A stretch of 63,747 bases of DNA, the filler included, from Octopus bimaculoides (taxonomy: Eukaryota), in the NCBI RefSeq assembly GCF_001194135.2. It is 6 parts of 6 records of this genome, joined end to end, with 100 filler letters (N's around TTAATTAATTAA, not from the genome) between each part and the next. Parts side by side here need not be neighbours in the genome. Positions count along the whole stretch, not along the records: positions 20,209 to 42,893 come from NC_068989.1; 5 more parts are not named here. One strand, written 5' to 3'. A model generated the notes under the pieces. That model was given only the letters and a program-made list of their open reading frames with translations, did no database searches and was not told where the DNA came from. This document shows positions 25,602 through 39,695 of the stretch, piece after piece; the stretch's first letter is position 1; each line of letters begins with the position of its first letter. Position numbers and translations under genes: made by a program.

Positions 25602-26120
25602 CTCCAGGGTGATAATCCTTCAGACTTTCTCTTCCTAAGTCACCTACGGGAATTATCCCAGATTTATCTCATCTAGAATAATCCAGTTGTTTTAGTTGAT
25701 TGCAATGTGACTCCAGATAATACAACGGCTGCCGATTCATTTACTCATCCTTTGAACCGTCAAATATTTATTGTTCCACAATCGCTTTCTCAGCCGTCTG
25801 AATGTCGAGATGTCCTTGCTCGTCCTACGATCTTGTCTTGTTTTTCCACTGATGAGTTTGTCAGTGTTACTGATTGTACTTCCCCAGATAAATAAGGTGG
25901 GTTGCCTCTGCCACCGTCCATCATTTGATGATGATGATGATGATGATGGGTTTAGTTTGTGTCTATTGAGTCGCATCGGGGCTTCTTAATATTCAAACCG
26001 AACTTTGTGACTGTACCTCTGAGAAGATCCACCAGGTTTTGCTTGGATGTCTGTATCATGAAAGACAAAGATACCATCATTTTCTCTCATTCACACACGT
26101 AAATATATATACACATCTAT

Positions 26121-26183
<63 letters not shown>

Positions 26184-26381
26184 TGCAGGTATATATGTAT
26201 GCTTTTATGTATATACATCTGTGTTTGTTTGTGCTTGCATATTTATATATACACATGACTAAATATTTATGCACAAATCTGTATGTATATGCATGGGTGA
26301 ACATTTTTATGAATATACACGTATATATGTGTGTATGCGTGTGTGTACATATATATGTATGCACACACACACACACACACA

Positions 26382-26426
<45 letters not shown>

Positions 26427-27217
26427 CTCCTTGTGTCTTCCGCAAATGTTATGTAATTCGTATTGACTTTGACTAACGTCTTTAAAACCACAGCAGCAGT
26501 AATTCTGTTACGAAACTCCATTCTGATATTTATCATTATTTACCATTGACTCACTTTCATTATTTTATTCTCAAATCTTTTACAACGCTATATACTTACT
26601 TCACTTAATCGCATTTTTATTTTCGTCTGCAATTTCCTCCCCGTCTTCTTTGAATTATCTCAGACAGTCTCAATTATATTCAAATCGTGCATTTGTCACA
26701 GACATTTCGTAGGATTCGATTCTTCGTCGGCTGTTTTGTTGTAGTTAATTATGTGTTATTCCATCAGTAGGTAATTCTGGATTATTTAATTGAACACCTA
26801 AAGGTCAGGCAGAATTTTCAGTGTTTTAGTCTCTACGTTTCTACATCAAACTCCTATTTCATATTCGTATGCCTAAGCAATCCAAACCCCACACTTCAGC
26901 GTAATCCCTTTAGTGTTCTGTCTTGTTAAGGTTAATCTTTCTTTTAATCTCTAACTTGTTTTGCTCTTTGATCAGCGGCCATGCCGGAGCATCACCTTGT
27001 TGGATATTATCGAATGAATTTAACCAACCAACCAACCAGCCAACCAACCAGCCAACTATCCACTAGTGCTTACATTTCTTAAGCCTACCATTTATTCTAT
27101 CGGTCTCTTTTTGCCGAACTGCTAATTTTTAGGGGCTTAAACAAACCAACGCCGATTGTCAACTGGAGGTGTCAGGCAAACACAAACACACACACTTACA
27201 TATATATATACACATAT

Positions 27218-27296
<79 letters not shown>

Positions 27297-28293
27297 TACA
27301 TATATATATATAGANNNNNNNNNNNNNNNNNNNNNNNNNNNNNNNNNNNNNNNNNNNNNNNNNNNNNNNNNNNNNNNNNNNNNNNNNNNNNNNNNNNNNN
27401 NNNNNNNNNNNNNNNNNNNNNNNNNNNNNNNNNNNNNNNNNNNNNNNNNNNNNNNNNNNNNNNNNNNNNNNNNNNNNNNNNNNNNNNNNNNNNNNNNNNN
27501 NNNNNNNNNNNNNNNNNNNNNNNNNNNNNNNNNNNNNNNNNNNNNNNNNNNNNNNNNNNNNNNNNNNNNNNNNNNNNNNNNNNNNNNNNNNNNNNNTATA
27601 TATATTATATATATACACAAATACACTGACACTTGCATACACGCATATATACACACACGCACAGATTGCAAGGAAGGTAGGAAATATAGATAGCTAGGTA
27701 CAGACACACACACTCACACAAACAGACAAACAGACAGCCAGACAGCCAGGCAGACTGGCTTGGTAATCCACTCACTCTCCTTCAGATAAAGTCAATATTT
27801 TATTACAAGTTTCCCTTCTTAACAAAACCAACAATGAAATCCGTAGGTTTTATCTTGACTAAACGTGTCCAACAAGATCAATATACCACTTATGTCTAGC
27901 CACACAAAGTTCAAGTAAATGGCAACACGAGTGAGTATCTGTGTGTGTGTGTGCGTGTGTGTGTGTGTGCGTGTGTGTGTTGTTGAACGAAAAGAAGGGA
28001 TATATGTATACACATACACACGTCTGTGCGTCTGTGCATGCATGGATGTGGTTACATTTAATGATGTGTTTGCAAGCCAACAAGAGTGCTTCTTGGTGGT
28101 TGCTCATCAGTCAAAAAATAGCAGCCAAGTTTTTTCTCAGATAATAATTGTTTGTTTTCCTTGTACATAGGAAAAAAAGAGAAACGTGGTAGACATGGCT
28201 GGAGAGCTTTAGATCAAAGATCTTCCCCATGAGTGGTGACATGGAACTAAAAACAAAAACCCAATGATTGTAGTAAGATACTGAGGGTTGTAG

Positions 28294-28670
28294 TGGAAGC
28301 GCAATGGCCCAGTGGTTAGAGCAGCGGACTCGCGGTCATAAGATCGCGGTTTCGATTCCCAGACCGGGCGTTGTGAGTGTTTATTGAGCGAAAACACCTA
28401 AAGCCCACGAGGCTCCGGCAGAGGATGGTGGCGAACCCTGCTGTACTCTTTCACCACAACTTTCTCTCGCTCTTACTTCCTGTTTCTGTTGTGCCTGTAA
28501 TTCAAATGGTCAGCCTTGTCACGCTGAATCTCCCCGAGAACTACGTTAAGTGTACACGTGTCTGTGGAGTGCTCAGCCACTTGCACGTTAATTTCACGAG
28601 CAGGCTGTTCCGTCGATTGGACCAACTGGAACCCTCGACGTCGTAAGCGACGGAGTGCCAACAACAACAA
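28294..28670 (+). mobile_element. SINE family C
   Basis: Head gtggaagcgcaatggcccagtggttag..ggtttcgattccc; (aac)n tail. Confidence 0.92.
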
Positions 28671-29460
28671 CTGGGGATTGTTATAGAGGACCGATAAATG
28701 TCAGAAATTAAGTATTTTCTTGGCCTGGAGAAAATGGTCAGTCACTGAGATCCTACGTTTAAGGACTTCCTTTCCTAAGGAAAGGTTTTCCGTAGTGGAG
28801 AAGTGTACCATTAGAAGTAATATTGAGGTTTTTAGCTTTGTGTTGCTTTCTTTTTATTCTTGTACTCCTTCATTTGCTTCTGTCCCTGGTGTGCAGCCGT
28901 ACTGAAACACCGCCTTCAAGGGTTGTAGTCAATCATATCACCACTACCCCACCCTCAAAACTAATCTTTTGTTCTGGTATTATTTCAGCGATCTTTTCTT
29001 GGACGCACTTAGATGTGGGTTTTTGATAATCTGCTAACGCAAAGACAGATATAGAGAAAGATAGAAGTATACATACACACATGCACACTCAGACATACAC
29101 ACACATGTCTGCCTACATATATATGTGTGTGTGTGTGTTTGAGTGCGCATGAGTGTACCTGTGTATATTATATGTGTTATTCATGTTTGTGTGTGCATGT
29201 TTGTGTGTGTGTGTGTTACTTTTACTTTTAGTGTTTTTACTCCAAGGCTGTGTTATACTGGGGTCCACCCTTGGTATGTTAGATTTTAATTTCAAACTTT
29301 CGTTCAGGTCCTCTCTTCGGAGTAGCATGCTGAACAGAGCTGCATTTCCTTGTTTCCTGTTGCGATGTGGGTTCATGTGGTACCTCAGATAAAAATTTAA
29401 GCGGCCTAGTTTATCATTTTTCCCTACTTTAATGTGTTTATTTTCGATCCCAAAAATTAC

Positions 29461-29519
<59 letters not shown>

Positions 29520-30050
29520 TATGTGTAGATGGGTAGGTAGGTAGGTAGGTAGGTAGGTACGCTTGCATGTATGTATACAACGGGCTTCCGCACAGACTGC
29601 GCCTACCAATTCCACATACAGGGTATTAGTCGACCTTAGACTATTGTACAAGATACTTTCCAAAGGTGCCGCTCGATTGCACGGAACCTGAGACCACAGA
29701 GTAGCACGCTGAACTCCCTAACCATATAAGTATACCCTAAACTGAGAAAAACATGAAGAAAATAACGCCGAGGTCGGCTTGTAGGTAGGACAAGCTTTCG
29801 CTATAAATTTTCATCTTTATTTGTCCAGAGTGTAGGTCAGATTGACCTGGTCAGATAACTCATTCGTCTCTGTTGTAAAGACTTCGTTTCAGCGGTGCTA
29901 TCGTCTAACGAAACACTTGGCAGGTATACAATGGTGCAACTACAAACTGTAACAGCAGCTGCAACATTGTGTGATTAAGGCTGAATGGAATCTGTCAAGT
30001 GAACGAAACAGCCCTTCTTGTACAATATGTAATGTCATCTTATCAGCTTC

Positions 30051-30091
<41 letters not shown>

Positions 30092-30937
30092 NNNNNNNNN
30101 NNNNNNNNNNNNNNNNNNNNNNNNNNNNNNNNNNNNNNNNNNNNNNNNNNNNNNNNNNNNNNNNNNNNNNNNNNNNNNNNNNNNNNNNNNNNNNNNNNNN
30201 NNNNNNNNNNNNNNNNNNNNNNNNNNNNNNNNNNNNNNNNNNNNNNNNNNNNNNNNNNNNNNNNNNNNNNNNNNNNNNNNNNNNNNNNNNNNNNNNNNNN
30301 NNNNNNNNNNNNNNNNNNNNNNNNNNNNNNNNNNNNNNNNNNNNNNNNNNNNNNNNNNNNNNNNNNNNNNNNNNNNNNNNNNNNNNNNNNNNNNNNNNNN
30401 NNNNNNNNNNNNNNNNNNNNNNNNNNNNNNNNNNNNNNNNNNNNNNNNNNNNNNNNNNNNNNNNNNNNNNNNNNNNNNNNNNNNNNNNNNNNNNNNNNNN
30501 NNNNNNNNNNNNNNNNNNNNNNNNNNNNNNNNNNNNNNNNNNNNNNNNNNNNNNNNNNNNNNNNNNNNNNNNNNNNNNNNNNNNNNNNNNNNNNNNNNNN
30601 NNNNNNNNNNNNNNNNNNNNNNNNNNNNNNNNNNNNNNNNNNNNNNNNNNNNNNNNNNNNNNNNNNNNNNNNNNNNNNNNNNNNNNNNNNNNNNNNNNNN
30701 NNNNNNNNNNNNNNGTAAAAATAAGTAATCCGGTGTCCCGTCCAGTTGGGCAATATATACGCCATTGAAACCAGAAACCGACCCTCATGCGTTTGCATGG
30801 CTTTAGAAAGAAATGTTTATTATTCTATTTTATATGAATATATATGTCATTATTACTTTTATTACACACGTTATTATAGTTGTTGTTATTGCTACAACTA
30901 TTTACAGCAGTACTGTTATTAATAATAATAACTATAA

Positions 30938-31145
30938 GGCGAGCTGGTGGAATCGTTAGCACATCGGGTACAATGCTTCGCGACATTTTTCCGTCTTCAC
31001 GTTCTATGTTCAAATTCCGCCGAGGTCGACTTTGCCTTTCATCCTTTAAGAGTCGATAAAATGAGTATCAGTTTAATACTGGGCGTCTATGTAATCGACT
31101 TAACCCCTCCCTCGAAATTGTTGGCCTTGTGCCAAAATTTGAAAC
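30938..31145 (+). mobile_element. SINE family B
   Basis: Homology to the 9951-10156 copy. Confidence 0.75.
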
Positions 31146-31229
31146 TATTTTTATTGTTGTCGCTGTTGTTGTTATTTACTTTTAATCTGCATATTTGTTG
31201 ATGTCACTTGCCGAGACATACCCAGCGTA

Positions 31230-31975
31230 TTAATGCGAGTGAAGGATAAGAGATGTTATAGTATGACTGAAAGCTTGGCGAGAGGAAGTGACAAGGGCAG
31301 TAGCGAAAAATCTTCATGTAATACAACACAGACATTTAAATTGATAGGGTTTTCTAAGGATGTGTGCAGTACATGTCAGCACAATCTTTTGGATTTCTCT
31401 GATACACGGTTCTCCTCGGATATTATCTAGATGTTTCTGACATCCCTTTTTTATCATACCTAGGGCACCTACAATAACAGGAACAGTTCTTGCTTTAAGA
31501 TGCAACATCTTTTGTATTTTAATTTCCAGGTCCTTATATTTACTTAATTTGTCAAATTCCTTTACAGATATATCTTTATCAGTGGAAACACTTACATCTA
31601 TTAGTCGACAAGTATTTTATCCCCTGCCTTTAATACCTACATCTGGTCGATTATCCTGAATCATTTTGTTGGTGTTGATTGGAAAATCCCAGAGGATAGT
31701 GACATTTTTACCTTCAACAACTGGCTCAGGATGATGTTCATACCAGTAAGCAGGTGTGTCGATTTTGTAGTGTTTACATATTTTCCAATGTAGATACTGT
31801 CCTACCCTATCGTGGCGATTTTTGTATTCGTTTGGTGTCAGCATAGGATATTTCGAAACGAGATGGTCTAGTCAAATGTGTCGCAGAATCTGCATTTAGG
31901 GTCGGAGTTATTTTGAAGAACGTTAACCTGGTAGTTTCTGGTAAGCTAGCTTTGATCTTGTGCCGCCAATATGAA
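31230..31975 (-). mobile_element. R4/Dong-clade LINE 3' end (zinc knuckle plus RLE)
   Basis: RHDRVGQYLHWKIC..ILWDFPI..NRPD..LIDVSV..KYKDL..TVPVIVGALGMI. Confidence 0.85.
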
Positions 31976-32127
31976 TCCTGTGTGGTAAGTAGCTTGCTTA
32001 CCAACCACATGGTTCCGGATTCAGTCTCACTGCGTAGCACCTTGGGCAAGTGTCTTCTACTATAGCCTCGGGCCGACAAAAGCCTTGTGAGTGGATTTGG
32101 TAGACGGAAACTGAAAGAAGCCCGCCG

Positions 32128-32162
<35 letters not shown>

Positions 32163-32950
32163 TTTTATTTCTTTTACTTGTTTCATTCATTTCACTGCGG
32201 CCATGCTGGAGCACCGCCTTTAGTCGAATCAAATCGACTCCAGGACTTATTCTTTGTAAGCCTAGTACTTATTCTATCGGTTTCTTTTTGCCGTACCGCT
32301 AAGTTATGGGGACCTAAACACACCAGCATCGGTTGTCAAGCGATGNNNNNNNNNNNNNNNNNNNNNNNNNNNNNNNNNNNNNNNNNNNNNNNNNNNNNNN
32401 NNNNNNNNNNNNNNNNNNNNNNNNNNNNNNNNNNNNNNNNNNNNNNNNNNNNNNNNNNNNNNNNNNNNNNNNNNNNNNNNNNNNNNNNNNNNNNNNNNNN
32501 NNNNNNNNNNNNNNNNNNNNNNNNNNNNNNNNNNNNNNNNNNNNNNNNNNNNNNNNNNNNNNNNNNNNNNNNNNNNNNNNNNNNNNNNNNNNNNNNNNNN
32601 NNNNNNNNNNNNNNNNNNNNNNNNNNNNNNNNNNNNNNNNNNNNNNNNNNNNNNNNNNNNNNNNNNNNNNNNNNNNNNNNNNNNNNNNNNNNNNNNNNNN
32701 NNNNNNNNNNNNNNNNNNNNNNNNNNNNNNNNNNNNNNNNNNNNNNNNNTATATAAGTGTATATATGTGTGTATTTGTGTCTTTGTTTGTCCCCCCACCA
32801 TCGCTAGACAACCGATGCTGGTGTGTTTACGTCCCCGATAGAATATGTACTAGGCTTACAAAGAATAAGTTCTGGGGGCGATTTGTTCGACTAAATGCGG
32901 TGCTCCAGCATGGCTACAGTCAAATGACTGAAAGAAATAAAAGAATAAAA
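31976..32950. mobile_element. SINE A (+) with an inverted SINE A 3' half inside its microsatellite
   Basis: + head 31976-32130, - body 32161-32345, gap, then + body 32760-32950. Confidence 0.75.
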
Positions 32951-32999
32951 AAGAATAAAAGACAATTATTATTATTACTATTATTATTTTTATTATCTT

Positions 33000-35900
33000 T
33001 TATTTTTCGTTTGATTGGGTTTCAACCAGAGGCCTAAGGCACGTATATTTTAGATGGAGAAAAACTTCCTGAGAAGGTGAGCCGTTGATGTCAGCACAAT
33101 TGTTTTGGCACTTGTAGATTTTTGGTTTCCCTGGAATTTGGTCAAAACGATTTGTCGGTTCCTTCCTTGATCATTTCCAGAGCGCCCACAACAACAGGGA
33201 AACTTCTGGTTTTTGATAACCCTGTCCTGAATATCTTAAGGTTCTTGTATTTCGATAGTTTTTCAATTTCTTTTGCTGAGATGTTTCTATCAGTTGATAC
33301 CGTTATATAAATCAACAGGAATGTCTCTTTTTCTTTTGTCTTATATCTTTGATGACGATTTCTGGCTTGTTAGCTTTTCTTTGCATGTCAGTATGTATCC
33401 CATAATTCCATAGGATAGTAACATTCACTCTCTCAGTGACTGGCTGTGGTTGGTAGTCATACCAGTTCTTAGAGTGTGGGATATCAGAATGATGGCATAT
33501 GCTCCAGTGCAAGTATTGGCCAACTCGATCATGCATGGTTTTAGGGGCAAGGAATCAACAACCGGCAACAATATGGTCGATGCTCTCAAGTTTATCCTTG
33601 CAGAGTCTGTACTCTGTATCTGCCCCATTGTGCAAATTAGCTTGATAGTTCCGCGTGAAGAGACTCTGATCTTGTACCGCTAAGATAAATCCTTGTTTCG
33701 GCTTTCAAACCGATGCTCTGCAGCACATTGATGGATTCTTCTCATATCTACATCAGCTCCCCAGCTCGTTTAGAATATTGCCAATGGATTTTCTTGCTAC
33801 AGTCACGACATTCCCTTGAAACTTTCTTACACTTTTTTGTTGCTTTAGTGTGTGGTACGTCCTCATTATCATTATTATGATCAGGGAGGTTAAGTTTTCG
33901 TCTGTATTTATAAGCCTCCTTTGAGACTGAGTGCAGTTCCTTACCCTGTTTGTGTTGTCTTACCAGCTGTATCATCCAGTCGGTGTTACTTTGGAAGTAC
34001 ATTTGAAGTCCTATTGTGGTTGTTTTATAGGACGTTTCAAGTTGGATTAGGCCTCTACCGCCTTTTTGTGGAAGTAGATCCTGTTGGCGTCTGATTTTGA
34101 TTTATGCATCCTGTTTAATGTCAACAGTTTCTTGGATTTTATGTCCATAGTTTGGAGTTCATTCAAATTCCAATTAATGATATTAAGGCTATACTGGACA
34201 ACTGGTACTGCCAGAGAGTTAAAAGCTTCAATTCTATTCTGGCAGTTCAGCTCAGTGTTCAGGACCATGCTGATATATCTTGATCCCAAGATATTTATAA
34301 AAGCCTTCTTGATCCATATCCTTGATAGTTGTATCATTATTAAGTTGGGTTGAGGAATTAGCTATCAGTTTACCACGTTTTAATGTAGTTTTTACACACT
34401 TAACTAAGCCAAATTCCATATTGATGTCATCAATTTTTTTTTTTTTAGTTACCAGTAGCATTTTCAGATTCTTGTCATATAATTTCAGATCATCCATGTA
34501 GAATAAGTGTGAGATGATCTTATCAAGCGTTTTGTATCTGTAATTTGTTCTGTTCAACTCGTGATACAAGAGAAATGGGGAAAGGCAGAAGAGAAGAGGG
34601 GAGATGGAATTGCTACGATCTATTTTGGTACTCTTTCAGACACTCAAACTGTTTTCGTGATTGAGAAACAATTTCGTCTTCCACATTATCATATTATGTC
34701 GCAGTAAACCTTGTATATATTTAGTGATTTTCAGATCTAGCTATATAGGACGCTGTCGAATGCTTTACGAGAGTGAATCTGTGCTGTACTAAGGTTTCGT
34801 TTTTTCGATGAGCAATTTTCGAATATCATACGATTTATTAATAGCTGGTCTTTGTAGCCGTATGAGTTTGTTTTGCATACTTTTTGTTCAAGAGAAAGGA
34901 TGTTGTTTTGGTCGAGTAATTGGTACATCCATTCGGTGAGAATGGATGTAAGCATTTTATACATAGTTGTCAAACAAATGATCGGCCTGTTGTTTTTTGA
35001 GTTTTTGTTTCGTTCATATTAGGGAGTAGGTATGTTATCCCTAATGTGAACCATCTTCGAGTCTTTTCAGGGTTTCTGATGATGGCAAAGAAACATTCCA
35101 TTGACTGACGGTGTAATGAAGAGACTTATTAAGTCAGCGGTTTGGGATTTTATCATGTTCAGACTTCCAATTATGAGCTTTAAGTAGAGTTAGTTCCTGC
35201 ATAGTAATATCCTCCTATTCCTGTTCTTCATTCTCAACCATTCTTTCTTCTTCTCTCCCTACCTAGTCTGCTTCCTTATTAAATTCCCTTCCAGCTCTCC
35301 ATATGCTATTCCAGAATGTCACTACTATCTTTCATATCAGGTGAGTCTTTTACTGAGAACGACGGTTTCCCTAACTCTGTAGAATTTCTTAGCATCAGTT
35401 TTAAATATCTTATTTTATCAATACAATTTGTTTCTCTTTTCATATCTGTGCAAGCGGTAGGCCTTAACCTGAACCTTTTGTTTACCATCTCTTTTGCTCT
35501 TCGGACTTCATTCGTGTTTATCAGATTGTACATTCGCTTCATCTTTCTAGCCATTCTCGTCTTTACATTACCTCCTTTGGAGAATTCGTCTAAGATCGAT
35601 AATACCCATCGGAAGCTCTGAATTTCCTTATTTATGAGTTCTTTCCATCTTGGCGGTTCGTGTTCTTTTCTTGTTTGTTTGTTTTTTTTGTTTGTTTTTT
35701 TTTAGGAAGCTTTTCTTTCATCTTGACGCCTATTTTCTTTGTGGCAACAATAGATGTTGGGTATATAAAATGGGTTAATGAAATTAAATTTGTCTCAGTT
35801 TCAGGGTGAAGCTGCTTCATGGCATAATCATATATTTTGACTGTACAGCGATTTGATTTGGTGTTCTGAAACTTTGGTAATTGATCTCGTTCGTTTCTAG

Positions 35901-36065
35901 ATGTTTAGAAATACCGAACTCTCTCAAAATATCGTTTTTTTTTGGGGGGGGGTCTTTTTGCCTCAAGTATCTTCTCTCTGGTGACTTCAGCGAATGCGTT
36001 AGCCATTGCAGCTTCAGGCTCATTCCTACTTTCTGCAACCTCAGTTTCAGCTCGTTAACTACTAC
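33000..36065 (-). mobile_element. Near full-length degenerate R4/Dong-clade LINE
   Basis: N-terminal ETNLISLTHFIY, RT motifs (YGYKDQLLIN, KAFDSV, HLFYMDDLKLY, FYKYLGI), RLE (HDRVGQYLHW, ILWNYGIHTD, KPEIVIKD). Confidence 0.88.
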
Positions 36066-36072
36066 TTCAGAG

Positions 36073-36217
<145 letters not shown>

Positions 36218-36475
36218 GACAGGCACACACGCACACACATACATGCATACATACATACATATATACATACATACATACATACATACATACATACATACAT
36301 ACATACATACGTACATACATACATGCGTGTGCGTATAGTCATATGTGTTGAGTGTATTCGTGTGTGCGTGTATGCAAATTAGAAACTCTTGGGCGCAGCC
36401 TATTTGGCACCGTTCATCTGCCACCACCCATTTGGACTCAAAATATGAATATGCATATGTTTCTTATTAACATTT

Positions 36476-36550
36476 AGCAGAAGTAACTGAGTGACTCAAG
36501 GTCCGAGAGTTTCGTGTGTTGGAACCTTTATTCACTCTGTTACTTCTGCT
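36476..36550. ncRNA. Candidate pre-miRNA-like hairpin
   Basis: 75-nt hairpin, about 31-bp stem (outer 19 bp 18/19 paired) and about 11-nt loop; expression unknown. Confidence 0.3.
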
Positions 36551-37949
36551 TACATATATATATTTGAGTGTGAACGTGTGACCGTATGTGTGTGCTTAAA
36601 GTGCACTTACATGTTCTCCGATAAGAAATTAAATATCCCATTCTTATCTTTTCAAATCCTCTTTATTTTTCATTCGTAATTTTTTCTTGGTTTTCTCTTT
36701 TCGGAGGTGGACCAACAGATTCTTTCGAATTTTATTTCTTTATAGTTTATTTGTTTGTTTTGATTTGTTTTAACTTTGCAATAAGTCTCTGAGAGGAAAA
36801 TGTTGAGAAATTCCTTAATTTCTAAAAGCATCGCAACCAAATCAATATATCAACTACAAAATTCCAATATAAAATTTTATATTGAATTTTAGTCTTTCTG
36901 TATCTGTAACCTGGAATTTCATAGGAGGTAATACAAGGGAACTGACTTAATAAAAGTCAAAACATCGGTGTTATAATGATCTGGTGATGTTGTAAGATGT
37001 TATACAAAGTGATGCATGCTGTTAGTACATTCTGTCTCCGTAGATAAATTTACACCGCACGGCCGATCTTTCTACAACTTTACCAATAAAGCTATATTGT
37101 CATTTTGATCGTACATATTCTGTAGCTTAGTTTAATCAATTCTTGTGGATGTAATCAAATAACTTTTATAAGCCTTTTATTGTGTCTATGTAAATGGTGA
37201 GATGACAGAATCGTTGGAAGTATCGGAAAGAAAGTCTTGCGATATTTCTTCTGACTCTTTACGTTCCGGATTCAAATTCGGCCGATATCAACCTTACATT
37301 TCCTCCCTCCGAGGTCAATACTTGATTGGTACTTCATTTTATCAACTCCGAAGGGATGAAAGGCAAAGTTGAACTCAGTGAAATTTGAAATCAAAACATA
37401 AAGGGCCAGCAAAACATACTGCGAGGCATTTTGTCTAACGTTCTAATGATTCTTACTACCCACTACCTTGCTGCTGCTGCTGCTGCTACTACTACTACTA
37501 CTACTGATGAAAATAATAAAAATGGTTTCTGTTTTAGGTACAAAACCAACAATTCTGATAAGAGCGTGTTAGTCGATTACATTGATCCTTGTACAATTAT
37601 TACCAAAATAGTTATTAGTTATTTCTTTTTGCGTTCTGAGTTCAACCCACGTTGCAGTCAACTTTATCTTTTATCTGAGGTGGATAAAATAATTTTGCAA
37701 GCCTTCTTTCACACAAAAAAAATTACAGTATGGAGCATTTTGCTGAACGAACTAAAGCCTTGTTGCATTTTATCCACAAAGCAAGAATCAGCTTTCCACA
37801 ATCCATCACAGAAGCACGCAAGAGGAGGAGAGGAAGAGTAACTTACTATACTTTGCCAACGGCATTAGGATTTTCCCTCTTGCATCTAAGAAAGATTTGG
37901 AGACAGCCCTATCAAATGTTTAAGTTAAATCTCTTTTATTGAGAGGAGG

Positions 37950-38500
37950 ATGGCGTGTGGCACTGTATGTGTGATATTTAAAACAAATGATGGACTAAAG
38001 GGTAAAGCTAAATTATCCGAGACACACCTACCCATAAATTAGTGCCAGACAGTTTGAGAAGAAGACACAAGTATTACCGTCAGAGACTCGGTAACAACAG
38101 CAGCCAGTAGTTTAGTCACTTTAGGAGCACAATGTGGATAAGGAGTCAATGGCGACAACTTTTGGGGATATGTGGTCGAGTTGGTCACCATGGACATACA
38201 AGTCCTTGTGACCTCACAAGATCACAAAATGATAGCAAACCTTTGTTCTGTAGAAGGCGTTGAGCAACAAACCTTAAAACTTGGTATTCCAGAAAAGGGC
38301 CTAGCTGCTACACATGTCGCAATAAAATCCATTTCAGGGTTTCATGCACGGAAAGCAACAGCAAGAACAAAAGCAACAACGAGTGTAACTCAATGATGAT
38401 GGGCAGTTTTAAGGCGACACCAGGCACAATTCTGGAGACGTCGAAAACTTCCATGCGCTCATTATTAAGTGCGATTTATGAGACCCACAGAACACACACA
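37950..38500 (+). mobile_element. LTR-retrotransposon gag remnant (paired zinc knuckles)
   Basis: ICGRVGHHGHTSPC and CYTCRNKIHFRVSC (CCHC) in disrupted frames. Confidence 0.45.
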
Positions 38501-38551
38501 AAACTTTAGCCATTAAATTTACTGTTCTTAACAAAATGTAACATTGTGTTA

Positions 38552-38938
38552 GTAATTGTTGGCACTCCGTCGCTTACGACGTCGAGGGTTCCAGTTGATC
38601 CGATCAACGGAACGGCCTGCTCGTGAAATTAACGTGCAAGTGGCTGAGCACTCCACAGACACGTGTACCCTTAACGTAGTTCTCGGGGATATTCAGCGTG
38701 ACACAGTGTGACAAGGCTGACCCTTTGAATTACAGGCACAACAGAAGCAGGAAGTAAGAGTGAGAGAAAGTTGTGGTGAAAGAGTACAGCAGGGTTCGCC
38801 ACCATCCCCTGCCGGAGCCTTGTGGAGCTTCAGGTGTTTTCGCTCAATAAACACTCACAACGCCCGGTCTGGGAATCGAAACCGTGATCCTATGACCGCG
38901 AGTCCGCTGCTCTAACCACTGGGCCACTGCGCTTCCAC
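38552..38938 (-). mobile_element. Young SINE family C with a 12-bp TSD
   Basis: TSD aacattgtgtta at 38540-38551 and 38939-38950. Confidence 0.92.
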
Positions 38939-39314
38939 AACATTGTGTTAATGGTGTATCTAAAACAAAATCTGTATTAGAAACGTATGCTTATTAAGCT
39001 TATCAATTTTTGTTTGTTTGTTTGTTTTTTTGTTTTGGGGTTGTTATTTTTTTCTTCTTTTTTATTTGCTTTTTTGTGAGAAATACTTTGAGCTTGATTG
39101 TAAATTCCCTTAAATTGCGCCCAGTAATATCATCGAGAAAATGTATAAACGTCACACCGATTAATTTCCCTATTACTTTTTTAAAAGATATAAAGAATTT
39201 ATGCATAGTTTGAGAAAAAATCTAACGACTTGAGAATTAATGCATAGTTTGGAAAGAAATAACGACAGTTTAAAAAAAAAATTAACGAGGTTTTTTTCTG
39301 CTTTCTAATTTCAG

Positions 39315-39695
39315 AACGATGTTTCCGATAATATCGAGTTACGGGACCTGCGACTATCCCCTATCTTGGGCATCCGAAACACGCAAAACTTCAACATAGA
39401 TGTCGAAGAAAACTCTAATACATCTCCAAGTATACACCTGGGTTCATCGATGCCGAGAGCTGCAGTTAGTCGAAGTTACATTGGCAACAATTTAATACGT
39501 CGCAAGTCAGCCTCTGGCGCCTTACCTAGACGCCGGAAGCTTTTCACTCACTTCCGCCAAAAGGCGAAAAATATCAAAGCCAAAATACCCAGAGTGCAAG
39601 ATGTAAACACCATTGACAAATACGCCAGACTTATGTTTCCGTTATTGTTTATAATATTCAATGTGTCCTACTGGGCATTCTACTTAATGCAATGA
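39315..39695 (+). CDS. Lcch3: Terminal exon (M3-M4 loop and TM4) of a GABA-A receptor beta / LCCH3-type Cys-loop subunit
   Basis: NDVSDNIELRDLRLSPI...HFRQKAKNIKAKIPRVQDVNTIDKYARLMFPLLFIIFNVSYWAFYLMQ*; closely matches the Lymnaea GABA beta C-terminus as I recall it; tttctaatttcag acceptor, phase 0. Confidence 0.92.
   Translation, partial: NDVSDNIELRDLRLSPILGIRNTQNFNIDVEENSNTSPSIHLGSSMPRAAVSRSYIGNNLIRRKSASGALPRRRKLFTHFRQKAKNIKAKIPRVQDVNTIDKYARLMFPLLFIIFNVSYWAFYLMQ

Noticed and set aside
37906-37921. 16-mer gccctatcaaatgttt identical to part of the Drp1 acceptor repeat
   Set aside because: About one 16-mer match is expected by chance among all position pairs in 64 kb, and homology does not extend convincingly.
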